The notes beneath the pieces are model-generated. The model had not been told where the DNA came from. It ran no database searches and saw nothing but the letters and a program-made list of their open reading frames with translations. 64,000 nucleotides of DNA from Catajapyx aquilonaris (taxonomy: Eukaryota). The DNA lies in the NCBI GenBank assembly GCA_000934665.2, contig KZ538386.1:1-64000 (forward strand), written 5' to 3'. The position numbers and the translations under genes are program-made. Shown here in pieces: positions 53,341 to 64,000 of this stretch. How positions within the stretch are numbered: position 1 is the stretch's first letter; each line of letters begins with the position of its first letter.

Positions 53341-53630
53341 TCTTATCGCCTGCCGGGGCGTTTTGCATGAGGTGCTCACCTCACCTGAGAGCGCCAGGAG
53401 ACAGCTTTTCATTGTGCTATCATGTGGCGACCCTACCGGACTACGCTGAACTTTATAGGTACAAAAGGGAAGCGCTACATTGGGGGACCCAACATGGTCG
53501 CCTGCGGCCATGTAGTGGCTTCTCTTCTACCTTAGTTCAGCGTAGTCCAGTAGGGTCGCCACATAATAGCAAGCTGTCTCATGGCGCTCTCAAGTGAGCA
53601 CCTCATGCAAACGCCCCGGCAGGCGATAAG
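53341..53630. repeat. Long fold-back element, MITE-like
   Basis: TCTTATCGCCTGCCGGGGCGTTTTGCATGAGGTGCTCAC... mirrored by ...GTGAGCACCTCATGCAAACGCCCCGGCAGGCGATAAGA. The inner arms (GACTACGCTGAACT/AGTTCAGCGTAGTC) also pair. Confidence 0.8.
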
Positions 53631-56600
53631 AGGGAGTGTCCAGACCTTAGTATTCTAAGACCATGGACGGAATTAATGCCTAGCACTGAGTACGTTAGGG
53701 TTATAATAATTTAACATTGGGGGAATCCCGAGCATGCACGGTTGGGTGCACTGGGCGTCCCTAAAAATGCATTTAAAAGGGCAATGGAAGCGGCACCACG
53801 CTCTCTTTGCCGCCAGAGCCATAAGGCACGTTCGTCCTGTCCACCGACACAGACATCCTTTTCCGCCCTTGCAAAAACCTCCACCCATCCTCCCCTTTTC
53901 CTTTTGGCGGCCAGTGACGCGTGGATGGGCCCCTTCATCCATCCTATACGATCCCCTCTTCCACAGACTGTCTGTCGGTGGGTCGTTTCCACAACCCTAC
54001 CTGTGCCCCAGGCTGACCGTACTTTTAAAAGGAACCCGTCTTCCGGATTCCGTTTCCTTATCAACGATTGACGTTTTTTTTTTATTTCAGGATAATGTCG
54101 CAACAATGACTCTGACCCCTTGAGGTCACCGTAGGGTCGGGACCCATCGATGATATACCCTTTGGAGTATTTTATTATTTGATTATAGTATTAAAATGTT
54201 TATCTGCATAAAAGTGCTTCTGTGTGAGGATGCACGTTGCGTCTGCTATAGAGGTACGCAAGAGGACTCTGGTCATCTGCCGTGGCCTGAACAATTTCAA
54301 ATAATTCCACACTTACAAAATGACTGATATTTATGTGACTGTTCCCGCTAAAATATGTCTTCAGGCTGGGTTGAAAGTTACATTACTGGAATCTCATTAA
54401 GTCATTATTGACGAAATGACAACTTTTCCTATGTTGACTCTGGGCCAAACCAAACACCAGTTCTGGTACGTTTCCCACGAAACGTCGTCGCACTTTGAAC
54501 TCCTTTATCGGTCAGTCAATTTGGGATGTTCTCCGAGCAAGATAGCAAGATGACGTCTACAGCGCACCCCAAGCTGATAATAATCGCTCTACTGGCTATA
54601 TTCACACGCGGCTTGATCAGGTTTTTATAATGTTAACTTCGCACACAAACCAGCTATCAATCCGAACCGGATGATATACCATGTATTTCAAGTCATGTTG
54701 TTGCAAGTTGACTTGTCGGGGGGTAGAAACGGAAATGGGCGGAGGAAGGTCATGGAAAAAAAAAGGGATAGCTAGTCTTTCCAAACAGGATACGAAGCAA
54801 CGGGTCATTCATTAGAGCCTATGTTTACCTCCCAGGGAAAAATACCTGGAGTAAACACCTCGGGCCACAAATGTATGCTTTTGGGGGAAGGAAAAGGGCC
54901 CGATATAGCCGCTTGTTTTTATGCCGGTTCTAAACCCAAATCGTGGTAGTCCCATCTTGATGAGATACCGCCCCTTTCACGGTCCATTTGTGACAATTTT
55001 GGGGTGAGATGGTCGGATATGCCTTGGTGTCAATCACACATACATATCCGACAAAAGTATTTGTTGTTGATAACAGGTTCTATAGACTCGTGGCTTGTTT
55101 TTATGTCCGATGTTATTATAAGAAATAGTTCCCATTCACCAACCTCTGCAATCAAACAATGCAGCTATAATATGAGTTCGTCACTGTCAACAACATTGGG
55201 CTACGACCCCTTCGCGTGACAGCAGCTTATTATGCATTGTTTGCAAATGCCTGTCGCTCGTGCAGGACTCTCAATAATAATAATACCGTCACGCATCAAA
55301 ACCACGCGTGAGTGATGCGCACGTGGACTAAGCTACATAAATTATTCAGTATTTATGGGAGCATTCGAGAAGACACTGCCACGTAAGACACTGCCACTCT
55401 TAAGCTGAACAAATCTGCAAAAAAAAATTTGGCATCCGGTTTCTATTGAGATCAACAAGAGTCTAATAGCCTCGACTATAAAGGAAATGCAAAAAAGGAG
55501 GTTGCGATAGTCGACAGATTTTATGTGACCTTGTGGAGCTTCAGATTATGGTTGTAATGCAAGTTTGCTTTTCATTTGCGTCTTTTTGCAATTAGAACAT
55601 CCTTGGCAAGGATGACGTGCTATCATGAGTTATGCCACACACCTAATATGATGTAAACATATGTCGACGTTCCCAGAATATCAAGTTCTGCATGAGAGTC
55701 TGAATGAATTCCCAACTCGCAAGCACCCACGTTGTGGGAGGTGTCACAATGCATATAGGAACACAACGCGACATGTAAACCATGAGTTGTCACTTCCTTC
55801 CCTGATGCAACGTGACCTTCCATTACATTGGCATCAGCCTCCGTATTCCATATCATTATGACACATGCTTTATGGATGATCACTTTTTAGTGCAATCAAA
55901 GAATATTTTTCGACAATATTGGTGTACTGGGCCCAGAAAACTTTTACGACACGTACCTTTTCTTACAGGTCACACACCACCATGGAAGTCTCTTCCACGA
56001 GTATGGTCAGCCGTCAGCATTGCCCTTCCCCACCAGCAAGTCATCATCTCGACTTTTCTTCAAGTCGATGGGCTCTGCATCTCCTCCGTCAACACCTGGG
56101 CAGTCCTCGGAGAACATGGTCTCGATGAAGCTGTGGGCCGAGCACTGGTCAGGTAGCATTGTCCTGCCGAAACTGACCCTCAAGGAAGGGATCCGCATCA
56201 TAACTCGGGGCCAACCCTGGGTCACCACTTGAGTAGCCCCAGGGGGAAAAAAAAAACGTTTTCGTGGGTTTTGTGAAGTGGAGTACGCCATACTCTCGTT
56301 GAAAATGAAAAAGAAAACACCTTGGCATATCTGTACGTTTCTTCAGTGGTCAACATCTTTGGTCAACATGGTGCATGTTTTTCACCCCCGAAATATTAAT
56401 TGGTTTAAAAAACTGGCTCATTGTTAATTGAAAGAAGGTGTTATTGTAAATTAAATACGGTGTAATATTTAAATAAGTGCAAAAGTGGTAGATGCAAAAG
56501 TTTGGCGTGTGCTTTGCGCATGCGTAGAAGCGTGCTCTCTCGGACCGAGTTTCGGACTGTTTATTCCCGAAATTCAATGAATAAATGCTAGAAAATCATA

Positions 56601-57595
56601 ATAATTATGTGTCTTAATAGTAACACATTATATTTCATAAACAAATGCAGCACAGGATGGTGAAAAATAGCTCTCAGAAGTATCAGTTGCTTATATTAAG
56701 TTACATATGTACCCGTCCGTTGTAAAGCCTTCAAGGGGGTCTGGTTTGCACAAAGTGGGTTCTGTCATTGACATGAGGTGCCAAGTGTTCCAATGGTCAA
56801 TTCCTAATCGGAAACACTTTGCAGTTCAGAGCTTGAATGGACGATTCAATTAGGCATAATATTAGCAGCTAATTCTTTTGATAACCATTGAAGAATGCCT
56901 TGGCAAAAGTGACTGCTTAAAAATAAGCAGATTATTGCAAAAACAAAAACAAAATAATAATAATAATAATAATAACAATCGGACCAGCATTTCGGATTAC
57001 CCTGCATTTTTTCAAAGCGAGTCCGTTAATATATCGTATCAGTGTTGCCATCTTTAACTTTTCCACCATCAGTCACCTTAAATGAGATGGCGACAAGTAA
57101 TTTTTGATAAAAGAGGAATTATTCAGGTTAAAATATTGTAAATATTACTTTCAGTGAGAAATATTTGTTTCCTAGTTATTTTTTCGGCCGATACTTGGCC
57201 GATATCATCATCCGATACACAATCTGATATATCGTGTGCCAAAAAGCCGGAAGCATTTCCGGATGTTGACCGAAGTTTTCACGTGGGCGACTTATAGCTC
57301 ATTACATCAGCCTGTCTTGGCAGCCCAGATGGGATAACAAGGGCCAACATGCCATTTGATCTGATCTCAAAATAATCAGCGAAGACATCGCTGATTATTT
57401 TGAGATCAGATCCCGAAGGATCACGGTGTGTGAGACCAGGGCCACACCTGCAATACCCTTGCGGTTGCTGTACTGATGATCGGTGGATGGTACTCCTACG
57501 GATTTTCACCAGATAAAATGGTACCTTCTGTTCCTGCAGGTAAAGAACGTTAAGGAAGCGTGTGAAATGAAGCCATCATATTAGCTTCTGCCAAT

Positions 57596-57608
57596 GTGGT
57601 GGTGGTGG

Positions 57609-57676
<68 letters not shown>

Positions 57677-57684
57677 TAATAATA
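57596..57684. repeat. (GGT)n(AAT)n microsatellite abutting the maT TIR
   Basis: Read directly. Confidence 0.9.
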
Positions 57685-58625
57685 CACAGTCCTGCCATAA
57701 ATACCGTACATTTACTAGCATATTTAACTTACGTACCGTATATTAAGATGAATAATAGTCTGAGGAATTCTAACATATGTTAGTTTATTTACCAATGGAT
57801 ATGGAAGGCAAAACGACTATCATAATTTATTTTGTGTACACCTATGATGTGGTCATTCATTATTGATAGCAGTATGCACCACATCTACAGAGATCAACTG
57901 GCTACTGCTTTCACCAAAGGCCATATTTAGAGTGTTTTGTCACACAAGCTATCCTTTCTAAGTCTGACCACAATTTGTAATCCAAAGGATTTAGATCAAG
58001 ACTTCATGGAGGCCAATCTCTGGGACTTGAAGAGATCAGGCAAATTCTCATTGTTAGATAGCAAGGGCTTCATTATCAGGTGCTAAGTCTTACTGAAATG
58101 TCCAACTCTAATTTCCATGAAACAGAATGGGTGAGAGGTGTCACAGGTTTTTCTAACTAAAGCATGGTTCCTGTAAACATTTGCTGTTGTTTTGACCCCC
58201 TGTTCACAGAAATGCAAGTTACTGACCCCTTCATAACTCACTCCCCACCAAACCACGATCAATGTAGCTGGATGAAGTCCTCTTGGAATGTTACGAACAA
58301 CCTCTGATACTTCTTTGGAAGTGTGGGCATGGTTGAACGTCCCTTCAATTGTGAAACTTTCTTGTCTGTGAACATGACCTTTCTCTGACCATTATTCCGA
58401 ATTTCCGAATAAGCAAAGTCTTTGATTTTTAACCGCTCCTTTATTTCATTAGGGCTGGAGTTTATAGCTGCCCTTTTTTTCTATGGTAAACTGGCATCCC
58501 TACTTGATCAGATTTGATTAGTCGTGGCATAGATCTGGGTCACATATTCATTTGTCTGCCCATGATTTTCAGTTTTCTTAGTAGGTTTCTTCTAATTCTG
58601 TTTGTCACTGCTTTATAAATTCCCT
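57685..58625 (-). mobile_element. Decayed Tc1/mariner-superfamily transposon, maT/DD37D (Bmmar1-like), 5'-truncated
   Basis: Hand translation of the minus strand gives KAVTNRIRRNLLRKLKIMGRQM, FTIEGTFN, RGLHPATLIVVWWGVSYEGVSNLHFCEQGVKTTANVY, WTFQ*DLAP and DWPP*SLDLNPLDYKLWSDLERIAC, with stops and frameshifts. Putative TIR TA|CACAGTCCTGCCATAAATAC at 57685. Confidence 0.88.
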
Positions 58626-61600
58626 GGACAGTATTTCCAAAAAAAACAAAAGTTTAGTGCAAATATAGGACATGCGGGCTAAATTTTGACATCACTTCTA
58701 TGCTGTAGGCCTTACACAGCGGGAGGAATCGCCATCACAGTAGGGTATTAATAATATTGATATCATTTAAAATTATGCTTTCGCATGACTAATAATCGGT
58801 TTCTCCCACATTTTAAATGAACCATTAAAAGCTGAAGGCACCTCAATAATTTACTCAGATTTTGTCACAAAACGGACCTATATACAATGACTGTAACCAT
58901 CCCACGTTTGAATCGATCAAAATAACCGATTGCACAAGCATTGAAACGTCAGCATTGACGTGCTTTCAACAAAGCAAATCCGGATTCTGCAATATGATAA
59001 AGCCTTGCTATAATCAGGCATAGCCAAGTGCGCAACAATGAATCACGCTGATTCCACACTTTGTGAACCTGGCCAAAGGGGTTAACGTCCCGTCTTTTAT
59101 TCAGTAGGCGTAAACCCTGCTGCTGACCACGTAGATTCCAATCAATGCTAATAACTGCCGAAGGACTGAATAGACTAAATTTCCACACAGCGCCTTTTGA
59201 ATAGAGGTTATACACTTCTGGGCCCAACATGCGTCCAGGGTTATAGGGTTTTTCAAAAGTGACAGACAGACAAACGGGCTGAGGGGGTTCGGGCCCCAAA
59301 AACACGTCCAGCGTCCAAAAAGCCATAGATAACATCGGCAGGCAGATGCTTAGGCTCCAGCCCCTCCATCCTCAACCCACCCTCCTCCCTTACTCCTAGT
59401 TTGTGGCCTCGTGATGAGCTGAGATAATCCATTTAAAACACCTTTTGTCCCAGGCCTTGTGGGGAAAAAAGTGGGGGATGATCATTCGCGTTTACACACC
59501 ATTATTTTCACCGACACAAAATAAATCACTCCAAAAGTTGATCTAACTGGATATGGTCTATTTGGAGGGGGAGCCTCAGAAAATTGGCCTAACTTTGATA
59601 CCGGTACATAAAAACATTACATAGATCGGCGATGACAAACAAATTATGTGAGCAAGGCCACCAGGCTATACATATATGAATAGGGTCCTACTCGTTGCAT
59701 AATATCAGAATGATTGACGTCACTATTTATGATGCCATGGAAGGCGAAAGTGATGGAACACGCGAGATACAACATTCCTCCTGGCTCATAGAAACCCAAT
59801 GGATATAAATAGCATGTGATTCAGCCTCTGACCGTTCATCCGTAATGAAATATCACAATCAGTAATTTGGGCACTTCATCCATCCCGATCTAGAGATAAA
59901 CCTATTTTGTTGTCTGCCCCCAAGGGAGCCATTTTTCCCAATCACCTGGACGTCCAGATGCAAGAAATCCTATGATCATATATATATTTTTTTGTGTCCC
60001 TCCCTGAGTAAGGCCTAGTGATGGAAGGGGTCTGCACCCCTGCAGGATCCACCCCCGACTCATCCCCACCTACATCTCCACTTCCTCGCCCCTGGAGCTA
60101 TTAATTAACCAGGAAGCATCCATAAATAACCGCACGCATCATTTGGGACAAGCCCACAATTGTTTGGAAGCAGTGTTGCCAAAAGAAAATGCCATGTGCA
60201 GTCTCCAGGTGGGAGAACTTCACCTGACCATCCACATATGCTTGTAATAAACATCTTATTAGCATTATTTTCTGCAATACAATTGCGTCATTGTCCCGTG
60301 CCATCCGGAAGAATAATTTTCACCATCAGCTGCTATAGGTACGGGTTTCCGGTAGCGTCTTCCATCTTTTAGAGGGGGGCGATATATGATGGAACTTATC
60401 TGAATACCAGATCCATGCACATCTGCTCCATTAGAGATTAATTAGAGCGTTTTGCAGCAACGATGCATATCCGTGACGTCACTTGTGGGGAGATGCGTAT
60501 TCATGTGGAAAATGGGGGTGTGCTCTCATGCGTCAGTACCACCTTATATACGTCCATATTGCTCATATTTCAGAAGCATAGGAAATAAACAGTTAGTCAC
60601 TCGAGCGTTTTTAAAAGGCATGTTTCAAAACACGAATGTTTTGCGGTTACGTGTGGAGAGCCCTGAAAATAGGCAATGTACAGATAGCCCCCCCTAGTGT
60701 GCTTTTCAAGCACATGTTGCGGTCACCCCAATTTTGGGGACCTGCGTTCGCTTACACATGATGACAGATGTTGAAAACTGGAATTAAATTTGTGTAGGGG
60801 GACACTACATAATTTGTCATGTTCACGCGGTCGCTTCTAATAATTAAAAAAAGTGGTTTTTTTTCATGATTAGTACAATAATTTGCACATTATTCGGTGG
60901 TTGAGTCAGGAGGCCTGTAATTGACGGTTGGAGTAGAATCCTTCCTGTGAAAATTGCAGCATTTTTCCTCTTAATGAAAATGACCACCTGCATACTCGCA
61001 GATGCACCCTGACGTCACTCGTGCAGTGATGTCACATATGGGCTTCGCCAAAATAAAGAAAACAGGCAAATCGACATTGGAAAATGGCTATGGAGTGACG
61101 TCCTAATGACAGGTTAGCTTGATCCAGCACCAAAGCCGCTCTAAATGGAAGATGACAGAGCCCACATCCCCGCTAATACACCCCTCCTATTATTATAACC
61201 CTCCCCAGTTATAGTCAGGACCAGGTGCGCCCACAAATAGAATAGAAAAAAAAAATTAGAAAAACCTGGCCAAATTGGATTCTGGCATTTGGCATGACAA
61301 ATTCAAGAGCATATGGTCCATTCTGTGGGGGCGCACATGGACATCAATCTGGACATTCCCTGATGAGCGTCCTAGTGAGTGATTACCCTGGCAGGTGAAG
61401 GAGTACTTACCACCACACTGATTTCCGATGGAGGGAAATGCGGTGTAAAACAGCGGTGAAAGGGTTAGGCAAATAAATGGCCTGTATTTCCAAACAAGGT
61501 GGGAAGTTTATAATGGATCAGTTGTCATCGACGACTCCATTAACCTGGGGGTCGACACACCTGACCGGAAGAACCGGCCAGTAAATCGGACCACAAAGTA

Positions 61601-64000
61601 CAATAGACTTCCATGTAAAATCAGTATACGATTAGTACCGGTACTCGTGTAGATGTTCATACTTGGACGGAAATGGACAGGGGTTGGGAGAAAGGGCAAA
61701 TAGGTGTTGAACCCACACCATGTGGGTACGGATGTGACGGATTACGCACATAATACAGTACGATTGTACTTAGCAGGAGACATATTGGGTAAAAAAGTAC
61801 AGCTGATAGGATTCGAAGAATGGTGCAAATTGTAGTTTCCAAACGGAAGAGTCATTGCGTGATGGTAGGCTCGTGTGTGTCACGTGCAGGTCAAAAAATA
61901 AAGCAAATAGGGGTCTTAAAAACAAAACAAAAAATGAGTACAGAAGCATCACGTACGAGTGCTCAGCATGCATCCCCAAATGGTAGGATGATGGTGATGA
62001 TATGCGAGTGATACCGTCGGTGCGTGACTCTATTTTGGCTTCCTCGGAACAGATGTGCCGGAATCAGCCAAGCTCATCTTGTGACATTAGGTTTGCCTCT
62101 TGCCTTGGGTGCAGGTGTGTTACGTAACACTGTTGCTGTGGTATAATTCGTGTAACGACATAAAGTGCAATTATTATGCAGTAAGAATCATAGAAAAGTG
62201 GAGCAAACCCAAATATGCCTAGTGTCCTGTATGTAGGACACTGCAGTTAGATTTTTAGTTATTGTGTTAGTTCAGACCATTTAACAATATGTAATTCAGG
62301 GATGATGGTCATAAGGTGCTTAGTTTTGCCACGCAGGTGAATCCTTTCATTAGCCATCTTATCACACTACAAGCCTGATAGCAAGTCTAAAGGTTACCGC
62401 TGCAGTGTGAATCACTTCAAAGATATTATTATCCAGCTTATTTGATAATAATGATACCGTATTTATTTATCATTGAGACAGCATATTATGATCAGCTTAT
62501 TTTTTCCGCTTTTGATGAGCAAGATAAACTGCTTATACATGTTAACTGATAATGTCATTTAATAAACACTAGTTGAGTTTAGGCGCCTCTATGGCTTTTT
62601 ATGCCCCGAAAAAGTGACTTTTTAACTTGCTTAACTCGTGGTTCTCATAATCAAGGTATAAAAAACCGTTTGTTGTTTTAAGACACAACCGGGTTACTAC
62701 GCCTAGAGACAAAACGACGGTGGGATTTTTCGTCCTATTTTGGTCCATCACACTCGTGAGAACCTACCTTTAGTCTGTCGGGTATAGGACTGAAGAGAAA
62801 TAGATTTTTGGAGAGCAGAAAAGGCGGGAGAATACCGAGTAAACCCCCGCGAGCACATATAGGATTTTGCAAACCTATTTCCACATGAGCCTCTAAACTA
62901 TAAAGTTACCGGATTTGTGTTTTACCAGTTTGCTTGATGCATTTTCATTAATTCTCATGGGTGCAACCAAGAGTAAATTATTTACTCTTGGTGCAACTCG
63001 TGAATCAGTGCCATTCTTATCTATGCACCAAGATGCACCCGTAGGCTATAGTGTCATATTTATTAAAATACGTAATAAATAAGTAATATTATTTGCAACA
63101 TTGGCCATTTACCTGATGAACTACCACTGGACAAATCACTCGTGTGGGAAAGCTAAATGTGCCATTTAAGGTAGACTATTAGAATCAACACCTTGCGTGA
63201 GGAGGGGGGGGGGATACTCATTAGAAACATCCATTTCGCTAAAATTGCTCATAGTGTGAAGTAAATCAAGTAATTTAACTAGGATGGTTCATAGCCATTT
63301 ATCCCGTAATCATTCATTGTCGCAGGCCTTTGGGATATGCTTTCCATCTACCGGCGTGTAGCTGCAACTATGAACCAGTTGTTGGATTGTCAGTGCTCTC
63401 TCTCGACACAGTTTTGTACTCTCCTTTTCAGAGGGACGTTCAAAAATATTTTTTGAGACGTATTTTGCTTTTCACCATGTTTAAGAAAGACTTGAAAATA
63501 TTAACTTTGTCCAAGTGGGTTAGTTGCTACATATTTATGAGTGCTCGTAAAATTTGTGACGTGGACACTGAAATGGGCAAAATTAAGTGGTGGAGTTGGA
63601 GAAGACCTTGTCCCACTTTCACACTGGCCTTCGCTAAGAAAGTTGAGAGGTGGGCGACACTCATTTTGCATTTGGCACACCTGTGGAAATGCACAGAATC
63701 ACTCGCAAGAAGTCGCCTTTCAACTATGGTACAATCGGTACAGAGCAGGCGGAATATTTTCTTCAACCTTAAGCATATATTAGTGTGAAACGTTGTGCAG
63801 GGACAACGGAGGTGGTCTGTCATTCGGTGCAATATATTAAATCATTTCAATAAAATACGCGACATAAAGTATGTCATACCTTTTCAAATGCCAAATTCAC
63901 CGCCGTGCTCAGTACACTTATTCTGCGATAATGTACTAGTACAAGGTCTTGCAAACTGAATGGTTATCCTGGTGTCATATGATTTCTTGAGCCAAAGCTA

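Noticed and set aside
63330..63788. 152-aa ORF with FKKDLKILTL, reminiscent of CR1/L2 LINE ORF2 C-termini
   Set aside because: Only a short motif, with no RT or endonuclease motifs nearby; cannot be supported without a search.

Overview
Eukaryotic, arthropod-like draft genomic DNA, mostly non-coding, with microsatellites, homopolymer runs and two N gaps. The only well-supported protein-coding genes are three Cip/Kip-family (dacapo/p21/p27-like) CDK-inhibitor paralogs within about 30 kb: CKI-A (- strand, exons 21426-21921 and 20185-20231, 180 aa), CKI-B (+ strand, 27173-27454, 93 aa) and CKI-C (- strand, exons 49249-49567 and 47486-47604, 145 aa). They share the CDI domain but have different C-termini: a PIP degron plus NLS in A, a KEN box plus TP sites in B, and an eroded PIP plus acidic tail in C. 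Only A keeps the tyrosine equivalent of the p27 3-10 helix. Non-coding signals include E2F, CHR, CCAAT and E-box promoter modules, an excess of Su(H)-type CGTGGGAA sites, and a Pumilio element in each 3' UTR. Mobile DNA includes three copies of a tRNA-derived SINE, two piggyBac-like MITEs, several fold-back elements, a decayed Bmmar1/maT-like transposon and a possible P-type excision footprint. Most ORFs in the supplied track appear spurious. All calls were made by eye, with no database searches.
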